A stretch of 60,501 nucleotides of DNA, the filler included, from Bipalium vagum (taxonomy: Eukaryota), in assembly GCA_037834085.1 (NCBI GenBank). It is 3 parts of 3 records of this genome, joined end to end, with 100 filler letters (N's around TTAATTAATTAA, not from the genome) between each part and the next. Parts side by side here need not be neighbours in the genome. Positions count along the whole stretch, not along the records: positions 1 to 21,818 come from JBBMKC010231732.1; positions 21,919 to 44,140 come from JBBMKC010225443.1; 1 more part is not named here. One strand, 5' to 3'. The notes beneath the pieces are model-generated. The model did not search any database and was not told the origin of the DNA. It saw nothing but the letters and a program-made list of their open reading frames with translations. Both the position numbers and the translations under genes were made by a program. Position 1 is the first letter of the stretch. Every line of letters begins with the position of its first letter. Positions 11,401 to 23,960 of this stretch are shown here, piece after piece.

Positions 11401-13930
11401 AAAGGTGGGATTTATGATTTACTCATTTTTTTGTGGGTTTCTAGATAAAAATCATCCTTGATTCTCTTTTTTCGGTGAATCTTTTCCTTTAAAGTATTTT
11501 CACCTTCATCTGGTTTCAAGTAAGAGTCTGGATTTACCTCTGTATTGTTACCGATGTCATCCAGCTTCGGCTCGTCATTGTTATTAGAATAATCTGATAT
11601 AAAAATATTTAGAGCGATTGCATAAACAGTATTTCCCTGTTTTCCTTTCAATAAACGAAAAACGAAACAATACAAAAAATAATGCACAAAATCTTTACCA
11701 ACCTCTATGAATGTAATACTAATATATCTAAAGAACCCTTAAAAATCAATCGATAGTCCAACAAAAGTATATGATTTCTTTTAATTGGTTAAAAATCAAA
11801 TAAAAAATAAATAAACCGCTTCCTTTAATACAACAAGATTTATACTTTAATACTTCCAGGGATCTTTATATTCGAATATTATTTCATCGATTAATTCCTA
11901 CAGAGATTTTAGCGGAAAATGTATTTTTTTATATCAATTATAAGAAAGTTAAATAGTTATCATAAGGGAGGTAATATTTGATTAATATTATTTCTGATTA
12001 AAATAATTCGACAGGTTCATAATGAAGACTTCAAATGTTTAGGAAAATATATAAAAATGAGATTATTACATTAATATTTAAATAGAAGCATAAAATAATA
12101 AAAATTAAAATAATAATAATAAATCTTCAATTAATCAATTACAAAATGTTACCAATTTCCTCATTGTTGTCGTAATCTCCGATATTAATGACGACATGGT
12201 TTGGAGATTGCTTATTGAAATCGTTTTGATTTAGGACGGGATCAGATTTCGCCAAATCCGAGCACTTCAAATAATAATCATTATACAAAGACTCTTTCTG
12301 TAAAGATGAGGTCCTGTGGATTCTTTTGGTTTCAATGACATCGGTAATGACGAAAGGTGAGCAATTGTTTAGAACGGGAAAATTGTTGTCTTCATTTTTG
12401 GATTTTGAAGTGGCATCAAAATCGTCAGTAGTATCATCATCAGAACTGAATGAGCAAAGACTTTAACAAATTTCTCGACAAGTTTATAAGAATACCTTGA
12501 AGAATCAGAAGAAGAATCAGACGACGAAGAATCGTTCAAATATTCTTCCAACGTTTGTGGTTGAAGAGCTAATTCCTGTTTGGTCTTAAATTCAATGATT
12601 CTATTGGTCTTTAACGTTAAAAGACCTATTGGCAGAGCCAGAACAATAGAGAGCATACTCAATAAGATGAACAGTACCTGACGAATTGAGTTTATAAAGC
12701 AAAATATTTCTTGTCAAAATTTACTTTCAGTCCCATCCATTTACCCTCTCTCAAACCACCGTACCACAAATCATTTAAAATATTTTGCGTACAAACATGA
12801 CTAAGAAAAGGTTTACTCTGACACAAGTACGCTAAGCTTATTCCAGTGTGACCAGAAAACTGTTTAAGTTCATAACACAACAATCTTTTGGTTTCTTCAG
12901 GATTGTGCAGGTAACAATGATTCTGAAGCTTTACAGCCAAATCTTCGAATTTGCTAAACAAATTATCATTATTGATTATTTATTGTTTCAGTCAGTTTTA
13001 CGGACCGAATTGAGTAATATTTGTTTTAATATCTGATTCATGATTTTTACAAAAATTTGATCATTTAAATAATATAAATCATTATTACCAGAAATAAAAA
13101 GTTGCAGTTTAATATAATAATTAAAATAAAACATCACAGTTTGCAAGACTATGAAAAATGAATCAACAATAAATAATATAAAAATGAATATAATAAATAA
13201 AATTATTATTAAAAAAACGATTTCTTAATATTTTTTTTACCAATATTTGAATAAAAAATGTTTAATTTTAAAATCTTTCTCTGAAAACAAATCAAAGTTT
13301 GGTGATAGAACTTGGTGGTGACATGATCTGAACTTAACATTTGAATTTGAGTTTTTTATGTTGGTAAATTTTTTAATGAGAAAAAATTATTTTCTATCAA
13401 CAGTTGGGTCTCTACTCTCATGAATATTCATCATGTACCTTTTTTTCCATCGAATTAATTTCAGAATGATTTTCCAGGTCTACTTTACATCTCGACTCAG
13501 AGAAATCGATAAACTCTGTTAACGAAATTACATTGGGATCAGTTAATTTATACTTTAGACAATCCTTAACTCTTTGACCGTCGATACATCCGAAACATAT
13601 TACAAATACTTTGTTGTCTAAAATCTCAATTATTCGATTTTAATTTTAGTGTTTTTATTATCATCAAAGTAGTCATTCTCAACAATATTTTAATTGTTTT
13701 TCAAAGAGATTGATGGAGAGATGAACAAAAATTCAAAAATTATAAGAAATAAACGAAAATGATTCTCCATTATGGAACACCCACACAGTCTACTTTATCA
13801 ATAAAAATTGTTATATTACTAAAATATAATTATGTTATGACTTTCACCAGTTATTCATTTCAATTTTATTTAACATTGATTTTAATTTTTAAACATGATT
13901 AAAAGTAATTTAATTATTTAAATAGTAATT

Positions 13931-13964
<34 letters not shown>

Positions 13965-16900
13965 TACTGATTTTTTTAAATATATTGCACATGATTTAAA
14001 AGTAATTTAATAATAATAATAATAATATTAACAGATATTATCATTGATAACAAAGAAATCATCTTACTTTTCCCAAACTTTCAACTCTTCCAAGTATTCA
14101 GACTCATTGTCAATGTCCAACAACTTTTTGACACCTTTCAATAATTTGACGGCCATCAACGACTAAGAAAATCGAAAAATGTCAATAATGTAAGTATTTC
14201 TTTATAAAATGAGAACCTTTGCAACTGATTCCTCTCCACTCATGACCATATACATGGCCATGTCATATCTCCTCGTTAATATTGTCCATTGAAATAATTC
14301 AGTATACGGATACCGGAAATGTTGAACACATTCGTTATTGACTTCAGATTCGTTGATGGAATTGTTCAATATCTAAATATAAATCAAAGTAAAATAGACG
14401 CAACGGTCAATGGATATTTCCAAACATTCTTCAAATTGTCCACAGACGACAACGTGTCACACATATCTCCAGGCGTTAATAGCGACTTTTCCATCCAGCG
14501 CCTGTGACTATAATGATGTTGGTAACCACCACCCATCAAAATCTCAATCAAAGATCCGATATGTCGAAGGAGAATTGGTTGACGCTAAACAATAGACCAT
14601 AAAAACCAAGAACTACATAAAAATAGATTCTTTACTTTTTTCAGATTGCATACTTTGGTGAGCATAGAATAAAATGTAAAATCACCCTTCAGACAACGAA
14701 CATTGTAGAAATATTCCAATCTCGAAACTTTGAGAAATCTGTGCATATTCACTCCATTCTCCAAAAGCAATTTAACGAAATCTAATCGGTCGTTAATGAG
14801 AGCGTCCACCATCGATGCGTCCAAGACATGAGACTAAATAAAAAATACCACCATAAAAATGCTTAAAATAAAAATAAATTTCCGAAAAAATAAGACATTC
14901 ACCACATTTCATTATCAAGACGTTATCATTACTTTATAATGCTCTTTCCAAAGTAGAAATCACAGAAAAAAATTTGATGGAATCAAATTAATTGAAATTA
15001 GATTTATTATTATTATTAAACCTTTTCTCTGGATGAATCATTTTTTGCAAGATTATAAAAAACAACCATGACATTTTTATACAAATCGAAACTGGGAAAA
15101 TAATCAAGTGGAAAAATTATTGAGATGGATAATTATTTTGGAAATATCGAAGATTTTTCACAATTATTCTCTGGATAATTATAATGGAAAGCTCAAGAAT
15201 TCAAGTGAATTTTTTCTCCAAAAACATATATCCAAATAACAAATATACAATGAAAAAATATCAATGTCCTGAGTTCTAATGTAACTCTTCTTTTATTATT
15301 ATTTGAAAGAGCAGTTCAATTATTTAGCAACTTTGAGAGGATAATGATTTATGATATTCTATTGAAGATTCACTTCATTTTCAATCAATATCCACTGAAA
15401 TTTAAGCGGTTTATTTTGTCATTTTAACATTGCTCGTATTTCGACTGCAAGATTTTCAAAATTTGGAAACAATTTAACAATAATAATAAAAATAGTAAAA
15501 AAAATTAAAATAGAAATAAATAATAAAAATTAGAAATAATAGTAATGAAAGAAATTTCAGTAATAAAGAAAATTCAATAGGTAAAGGTATTTGGAGATTC
15601 ATTTTGCAAAATTTACAAGTGGCAATTGTTTTCAATTGTTGTTGCTAATGATTGTTTAACATTGACAGAGAGAGAGATGAAATAAATTGTTATCAATCTT
15701 TTATTGGTCGATTGAATTTGTTTAAATGATCATAATTAACATTTGTCATGGAAATGGTTCGTTGTGGTTTTTCGATTATCAAAGACAAAAGCAGTTTTTC
15801 TTTTAGACAAATATTTGCAAACTAGGTAAAAATGCATCTTTTGATAATTTATAAGAAATAAAATTAATGAAACCCAAAACTATAATCGATAAAAATATCA
15901 ATAATTTAACACAACCAAATTCAACAGAAATAATTTCCGTGAATGGTCACCATTCTAATGATGAAAAGGGGAGAAGGGTTTAACAAAACAAATCAATTGT
16001 CCCCACTGAAATTCTATTTCGGTCTCCGGGGATCCGGTGCATGAGACAAAAATGAGACAGAAGGGCTAGAAGGGGAATAATAAAATATCGACCCGAAAAA
16101 ACTCCACTGCCAAATCGCTTGGCCGTGTCTGTTACAGAGGTCACTGGAAGGCCAATCAATAGAAAAACAAAAAACAATTATGATATTTAATCGATCTACT
16201 ATCATCGAAAAATGAGACCGGCACACGACAACAGAAATGATACCTTGATACATGAACGTCCGAGAAAGACCTTAAATCGATTTTTAGAGATAAATTACAC
16301 TTGGAAACTCAGAAACCAGAGACTGGTGATCAATAGAAATAAACTTACGTGCCATTCGGTCTGTGCGCCGAATATTTGGGATCGAGCGATATCCGGCCTG
16401 TTCCAGGCCATTGTCAACGTCAATTGATCGGCCTTGGTCAGCTTGGGCAACGATTCTGATCCAAAGATGAAATGAATAATCGACAGGCGTCATATAATAA
16501 ATCGTGATTACCCTGCAGCAACGCGGTTAAGATAGCGACATCGATGTCCGGGCAGTCGTCCTCCATGCGATAGACGGTGATCTGTTACAAAAACATGTAA
16601 GATAATTTCTCAATGTATACAAAGGCTGTGTTTCTTACCAGTTCCCGACGTTTCAGACACAGCTTCATTTCTTTGTACAGTAGTTCTGCTTCTCTGCGCA
16701 CCAGGGAGAAAGTGACTTGCACGGTTTTCAGGACCTGTTCCCGGACGTCATCGGCCAGTTCGCTAGGAAACAGGGATTAAGGAAACGCAACAACAGAGAT
16801 AAAAAAGCAGTACCCCTCTTCGTCACTATAGCGGTGCATGAAAGCTAGAAGATCAGCAGCTCGGCCACTGCCCTCGCACACAACGACCGGAACCGGGTAT

Positions 16901-18960
16901 TCGTCGGTCACCAGCTCGAAAACCAATCGAAATGCTTGCATACCTCCTTCCACTAGCACGGCAACGACAGGAACTCGAGACTTACCCAGTCGTCCTGAAC
17001 GACAAAAGGCGAAAAAAAATCACGATCAATATCGTCCTTATGACAGCGTCAATAAAGATTTTACCGTGATTTTTCATCCTTATCGATTGTGTTGCCAAAT
17101 ATCTTTCCAGAGATCGTCTTAACACAATTTCCGCTCCGAACTTGTCCACGGTCCCATTGTCAGCAAGAAGAAAGTAATTGTGGTGTTGATTGAGGACGGC
17201 CTGTTTTTGGTTTTTGTTCCCGATAGAATAGTACGGACAGATTTTCTAAGATGACCAAAAAATCGATAATTAACATAAAATATGATTTCATCAAACATTC
17301 CAGAGTAATATATTCGAACAAGCTGATTTAAAAAAGAAAAATTCCGATCGATGATATTATAAAAGTGCGAAGCTTAGATCATCTATGACTAGAAAAGATC
17401 GATATTTTTGAGTCACTTTACCACAAGAAAGAATGTTAACTGGACTTTCTATCATCCAATGAAATTGATGTCCGTAATCATGACGAAATTTGTGGTTTAT
17501 CACACATCATCGGCTTTGCTTACTGAAAGTGACTCATTGGGCATTCGTATTCTTCGTCCATTTCCAAGGGAGACAAATCCATAGAAAAAGATAATCGGTT
17601 TTATTTAAATAAATCTTAAAAATTAATTTATTATACAAATCAAGTTGATTTTGAATTTTTTTGATTTAATGAACATTTACAACATCGATTACTGGGATCA
17701 AACAGTTATCCTTATACTATAGTAACAAAAATCTCCAAAACGGCACTTTTTGATTTCATCAAAGATTGAAGAGTAATATGTAAGGATTATTTTCAGTTAT
17801 CAGTAAAATTAATTCTTGGTTGTTACTATTGAAATTCGATATGGATTTCACTTCATTCAAAAAAAACAGAATATTAAGAAATGTTTGGATTGTTTGTCAT
17901 TCAATGAGAGTCCTTTCAGAAAGGATAACGAACAATACTGATTACTGTATTACAATTGACAGGTTCAATAGGTTAACAATCATAAATTTGGTTACTGTAA
18001 TAACGAAAATCTCTGTAAAAGGGAAACAAGAATTTCTGATTCCCGTTTTTTTGTGTTTTCCCTTGAAAAAAATTATTGAAAATAAAACAACTCACTTCTT
18101 TGCCCAGTAAATGTTTTCTGTGCTGCACAATGCCCCACGGCGAAATTCCCAAAGCCACGATGTTATTTCCTTTGACATGAATTTCGTTCTTCAGCGATTC
18201 GCCAACGTGCTTTGTGACTCCTAAAAAATTGATTTTCATCAAACAAACCGAACTAGAAATTCTTTACCCGTATCAAGACCGGTTGTAATAACCCACGTCC
18301 CAGTGGTTTTAGCTGCCTTGACCAGTCCATTGGTGAACATCTTTTTCAATTTCGGCTGTAAATCGAAATTAGCCAACCCTCCGATTATCGAAATGACCAA
18401 ATTGGGCACTCTCAAGTTCCATTCACGCAAAAGTAAATGTAACAGGTCTGTAGCCGTTGTTTGATAATGAACCCTGACATACTGAAAAATATTATGAAAG
18501 AAGAGAATTTATATTTATCAATGTATTGTCTAAGCTCACCCTGGCCTTGGTGGGATGTGGTCCTCCTTGGAACTCAAGAGTACCATAGGCATCGGTAGGA
18601 AATGGAGTGGTGTGTCGAGATATGTTCCAGTGATTGGTAGTCATTTTAGATTGGGTGTTAAAGACGTTTTTATTAATATGCTCTTCTGCACTTCGACCAC
18701 AGGCACAACTATTTTTGAAGTGTTAAAAAACTATGGTAAACCAAGTTAAAAAAATTCTAACCATCCATTAGACCTTGGAACAAAAGTACTACATTCCAGT
18801 TTCAGAATATTTTCATCGATCCAACTCGGCTAAGGGATAAATGTTCAGACAATAATACAAAATTATCGAAAACCTTTTCTGAAACTACAGAATGTATGCT
18901 GGATGATTTTAAAGATGGATTTGCCGCAACACCAGCGTGGTTTTTCTTATTTCTTTTCAT
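5247..18960 (-). CDS. TRPM: TRPM (melastatin) cation channel, TRPM1/3-like, ~30 exons, no kinase or NUDT9H domain seen
   Basis: Exons 18960-18874, 18829-18762 ([12 protein letters not shown]), 18708-18540 ([17 protein letters not shown]), 18481-18268 ([27 protein letters not shown]), 18220-18096 (GISPWG), 17245-17065 ([11 protein letters not shown]), 16994-16814 ([18 protein letters not shown]), 16762-16639, 16581-16512, 16455-16349 ([16 protein letters not shown]), 14833-14636 ([18 protein letters not shown]), further MHR exons to ~12150, pre-S1 ([10 protein letters not shown], exon ends 11055), TM exons 10384-~9168 with pore [15 protein letters not shown] and PFTPPPF, coiled coil [12 protein letters not shown] (~9103-8973), C-terminal exons to 7386. 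Either read-through to a stop at 7356 or splicing to a last exon 5405-5247. The 5' start and 3' end are less certain than the core. Confidence 0.93.
6050..6400 (-). mobile_element. Degraded Tc1/mariner transposase fragment in the last TRPM intron
   Basis: Minus strand reads ...[30 protein letters not shown] (WPARSPDLNPLDFFLWG-type motif) with stops. Confidence 0.65.
13933..13962. repeat. (AAT)n microsatellite
   Basis: Direct reading. Confidence 0.9.
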
Positions 18961-20399
18961 TTTACTAAGAAGAAATAAATACAGTGAATTAAAATGAAAT
19001 TTATTAATTTAAATTAGATTTCAAAAATGTTTTGTTATAAATAAATTACATTAGAAATTTGAACGATTTACATTAATGTTCAGAAATATTGCATTATTTA
19101 AACAAGTTAACTGAGATCAACGTTTTTTTTATTAAGGATTGACTTTTTATTTCGATTTGAAATTCATTAATCATTGTATTATTTTAAATAATAAAATTTA
19201 AAAAGAATTTCGACAATGCAGATATTGGACTAAAACAAGTCAAATAATAAATTATTATCCAAATAATTTTCCTTAACTTTCTGAAAACTTATATTTACTT
19301 TTTCTAGAAAAACAATAGGTTGGTGTTTTACATTATTAATAATAATATATAATTTTTTATTTTTCTGTGTATAAAGGCTCATTTATTATTATTATTAGAA
19401 TTGAAATCATTTATTCGAGAAATAATTTCCTTAGTCATTATAAATTAATATAACTATTAAATATGATTCACCTTATAAATATTATTCATAATTGAAAAAT
19501 TATTTAAAATAAGTATTATCATTAAGTATTAATAATTATTTTTATTCTTAATAATTTTGTTGAGATTTATCTAATCTTTTGTTAATTTTTTTTCGGTTAT
19601 TTATAATTTATTATAGTACTTATTTACCTAATTATTTACCATTCATTTCATTTTTATATTTTTCATGTTTTTCAATAAAATTTATTTGTTTATGGTTAAT
19701 TAAAAATATAATGATGATATTCGTTATGAAAGTAACGTTTATTGATTGCATTGATGAAATGAAGTTTTTGAGTTAAAATAAATAATAAATAATTTTGAAA
19801 TTAATAATAGGATGAGCAGATTAATATATGGAATTTTAATAATAATAAAATACGAGTAATAAAAAAAATTGTTTAAGAATTATAATGATTGCTCTTTAAT
19901 AGTAAATTATTTAAATTAATTATATGAAAACGTTACAACAAACAGTCAAAGAATAACTATAGCAAGTATTAGAAAGGTAACTGAATTTATTTTATTTGAA
20001 GAATAGATAAAATAAAGTTTATCATCTAATCAAAGACTGCAGTCACTGATTTTACGTAATTGTTTATAAAAGGTAACAAAATTAAACGATTTTTGAAGTA
20101 AAGTGTAAGAAGAGAAATAAATCTCTAAAATATGAATACATTCTGATTTTAAAGCTTACTCAAAATTTTTAATAAAAGTTAAAGAAAAATGGATAAAGTC
20201 AATGGTGGGACTGAAAACGAATAGTTTTCAATCGAGTCGATGCAACTATGTCCAAGATTCTTGTTCGAAGAGACATTTACTAAAAATATATTAAATTATT
20301 TTTATTAACTACATTTCATAATAAAAAATTATACGTATACATATGTATATAAAATATTTTATGGTTTTATTTTTAATTATATCGGTAAAATCTGATTTG

Positions 20400-21200
20400 T
20401 TCTTAAAGTAGATCGATATGAAGCCAAAAACCCAAAAGGGAAAAAGTATGTGATACACAAAAGATTTTTCTAGAACTAGAATTTCAAAAATCAAAGTCTT
20501 TATAGTCAACACATTTGCATAATCTTGAACCAATTTTTGAATCATTTCTTTTATTCTGAAGATTCAGTTTCGCGACCAATGTTTCGAGTCTCAGTAGACA
20601 AAAGCCACAGCGATATAATTAATTTTTTGCACTTAAGGAATAAAAGGACACGAATAATTTAGCACGTTAATCAGCTATTTGGTTAAGAACCGAATCTTCT
20701 TGAAGAATAATTTAAGATTTTGTAATTCAGAAAATCTGGAAAACAAAGAATAGTGTATACTTTAGGGTTGACAGGTCTTAGATTTTCTAAACCTTTTCTA
20801 CTTTTATTTAACACTGAACGAACTTAATTCTTTGGACTTGGGCATATATTTATAAACGTTCTCTGTTTAATGGTATTTCAAATAGATGAATTGGCAAATA
20901 GGTCCATTCGATTTTTATGTAACATGACATGAAAAAAAATTTATTGATAAAAACAACTTTAATCAATTCTGTATTGTTTCCTTTTGATTAATGATCTCCT
21001 TCCATATTAATCTCAATTTCATTATTCCCCATTTGTAGAACTCATTGGGTTTTTTCAAAAAACTAGACAAAAAGTGTTTCATGAATGACTCATCATCACA
21101 CAAAACTCATTTTCCGTTAAAAGAATTTTCAGCTCCCTAAATAAATAATTCCTATGAAGCATTAATGTCATAAAAAAATTATTGGTTATTAGTTTTATTA
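20400..21200 (-). mobile_element. Possible decayed DNA-transposon coding fragment
   Basis: Broken coding-like sequence including IQKLVQDYANVLTIK, reminiscent of transposase C-terminal regions. Family not determined. Confidence 0.3.
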
Positions 21201-21818
21201 CCATTCAAAATTCTTATTCAATGTTCCATTTTATTATGAATGACAAAATAACATCAAATGGAAAACATAGAATATCTTGTTTTAATACCAAACAAAACTT
21301 GTCTTATTTCCAAAGTTTCTGCTAAAAATAAATTATAACATTAACAAAAATGTTTGGTAAAATACTCAAAACTATTATACATATACAAATTACTTGAAAT
21401 TCCTTATTTATTATGAGTTGACATAGTTTAGTTAAGTCTAGATTCATGCCAAGTTTTATTATTATAATTTTGCTTTCCACTAGCCCTTAGCAGCGAACAG
21501 TATGACTGGACATAAATTGCAGCATAAAAATCTATTTTATTTGCCTTTATCATATTTTTTCTATCTTACTAATTATCTACACCCCTTTTCCATTGATTTT
21601 TATTTTTCCTTTTCTTAACCTTCATGAGACCAATTTTTTAGTCTAGCTGTAAATGAAATTATTTTAAAATCATGGGCTTTATTTCTTATGCAATAATGAA
21701 CATAAATTTAATAAATAATTTAAATAAATTTATTTTCATAAATAATTATATTTCATAAAAATTTTATTAGTAAATTATCTGTTAATTTTTCTCATTAAAA
21801 GAGAAAAGTGAGAATTAT

Positions 21819-21918
21819 NNNNNNNNNNNNNNNNNNNNNNNNNNNNNNNNNNNNNNNNNNNNTTAATTAATTAANNNNNNNNNNNNNNNNNNNNNNNNNN
21901 NNNNNNNNNNNNNNNNNN
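21819..21918. other. Artificial contig-joining spacer
   Basis: Exactly 44 N + TTAATTAATTAA (stops in all six frames) + 44 N = 100 bp. Confidence 0.97.
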
Positions 21919-22001
21919 GGAATACTTCAATTCATTAGACCACAAAAAGATTGATTTAATGATTTGCCTAAGTTCAATTTTGAAATTTGATAACTATGAG
22001 A

Positions 22002-22111
22002 AATTTGACATTACATAAAAAAGTCATTTAAATTTGGCACATCATCAATTAACCTTGACACTACATAAAAAATCACCTAAATTTGACACTACATTTTCAA
22101 AAATGTAGTGT
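22002..22111. repeat. Short repeats (TTGACA(C/T)TACAT x3) ending in a 12-bp-arm quasi-palindrome
   Basis: aaatttgacattacataaaaa, ccttgacactacataaaaa, aaatttgACACTACATTTT-ca-AAAATGTAGTGT (22086-22111). Confidence 0.75.
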
Positions 22112-22627
22112 AAACTTAAATTGATCCACTTTCTCCAACTAACTCTTTCAAATATTCTTCTTCCATAGGTATTGTCTCGCTCTTTTTTGTGTGTACTTTA
22201 CAAATTTTATTGTCTGATGTTCTTGATATCTTATACATCCATATGGCAAAGTTTAAATTCAAACAGAAAAATAAATCTAAAATCGAAATTTTTCATCTTT
22301 ATGTGTAATAATTACAATAAAAAATTTCAAAATATCTTATAAGAAATAATACTTTTTAAGCTTTCAACTAACCTATGAGACATTCAGATTAATGATTTTC
22401 TTGACGATTAAAGTTAGCTTTAAAAAGAAGTCATATAAAACAAATTTCATATTGAACAATAATTTTTTACATATAGAATAGATAATATATAATATAGTAC
22501 ATATTTTAAAAGATAAATAAAATAACCATTACATAAAATCAAACCTGTGGCAATATTTTAAAATTGATAGTGTAATAAAAAGATTTATTAATTTTTATGA
22601 AAATATTTAGTGTTATCATTGAAATAG

Positions 22628-22796
22628 GATCAGGGAAAATTGGTTTTTGAATATGACATGGGAGCTGGAATGATGAAGTTGACCGATCATAGTATTAAAG
22701 TCTCAGATGGATTCTACAGAAGAGTTCGAGTGAGAAGATTTGGGCCATCTGCTTGGCTTCAAATCGATAATTCACGATCAGAATTGGAACCAAAAT
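22628..22796 (+). CDS. NRXN: Neurexin-like gene, LNS/laminin-G exon A
   Basis: aaatag|DQGKLVFEYDMGAGMMKLTDHSIKVSDGFYRRVRVRRFGPSAWLQIDNSRSELEPK+T|gttaga (phase 0 to 1). Resembles neurexin LNS6 HQGKIGVKFNVG...[23 protein letters not shown]. Not in the ORF track. Confidence 0.82.
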
Positions 22797-23200
22797 GTTA
22801 GATTTTATTAATAAAATATTTTGCGTGTAATTTCCTAAGAAAATATCCATTAAGAAATATCCCTTTATTTGATCTGCCATAAATTATTTATTTATATCTT
22901 CATTAAGTATTATTTGTCCAATTTTCTAATGTCTTAAATTTGACAGTCGATATTTTTTGCATCTTACTTCGACAGCTCTGCTTTTTGTTGTTCTAGGTGA
23001 TTCATTATCAACACGTGATTTTCCATTATCTGTATTAATATCAAGAGCTTCATATCCACAATATTTTTTCTGGCTGAATTTATAAATTAAAATATCGATT
23101 ACATTTAAATTAAATTACAGGGTGCGTGAGTAGAATTGGCACGTAAAATATAGTACAGAGAAAAATCTCTAAAAACTACACTGTTGGAGATTTATTCGAA

Positions 23201-23960
23201 TTAATGTTGGACTTTGTAATAAAAAACATTCACTTCTACATGCTTCTGCCAAAGCGAAAAAAGTTTATTTATTCCATTTGAATGAAAATCATGATCTCTA
23301 GAGGAGATGAACTCCAGGAAAACATATTTGACTGCGCCAAGTTCCTGGAACACCCTGGCTTTGTGAAAACTGTCCAGATATTTAAAAACCTGAAAATCGG
23401 TTGGAGACAGGTCAGGAGAGTGTGGAGGATGAGATATGGTTTCATATCCAAGTTTGTTTTGTTTCTGTCCAGTTAATTTTGCAATGTGTGGTTTTGCATC
23501 AACATGCAATACTATTGGTCCCATCCTATTAACCAATCCTGGATTAATTATACTTAATATTTTATTCCTTTCTTCCAATTCATGGCAGTATTTGTTAGCT
23601 CTTATAGTTTCCCCAGGTTTCAGAAACCTGTAATAAATCAATCCAGCAGAATTACACCATGCACTGACCATTAACTTTTTTATGGGAATCTGGTTTTCCA
23701 AAGGATTTGGGAATTTTATTTTTACAAATCTACTTACGGTTATTATGATCCATTTCTCATTACACTTAATTGTCTGATAAAGAAATGGATCAATTTTGTT
23801 CCGTAAGAGCAAGCTTAAGCAGATTTTATATTGACGGATTTTGTTTTCATTGGTTAATTCGTGGGGAATCCATTTATCTATCTTTTTTGTCTTCCCAACT
23901 TCATGCAAGTGACGGAATACTGTCTCAGTGCTCACATGTAGTATTCCTGCAAACTTTCAA
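23201..23960 (-). pseudogene. Mariner (DD34D) transposase relic
   Basis: 244-aa ORF with KWIPHELT, CNEKW (TGDEKW), LHVDAKPH (HDNARPH), HPPHSPDLSPTDFQVF. Catalytic motifs degenerate, 5' HTH truncated. Confidence 0.9.

Noticed and set aside
21863-21874. TTAATTAATTAA palindrome as a biological site (piggyBac TTAA target or homeobox site)
   Set aside because: It is centred in symmetric 44-N pads and repeated identically at 44185, so it is an assembly linker.
22169-22245. Upstream neurexin exon ending DILYIHM via a GC donor
   Set aside because: Only weak resemblance to DYLELHI and the GC donor context (TG|gcaaag) is poor. Needs RNA evidence.
23201-23935. Active or domesticated mariner transposase
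   Set aside because: The first two catalytic motifs are degenerate (CNEKW, HVDAKPH) and the N-terminal HTH is missing.
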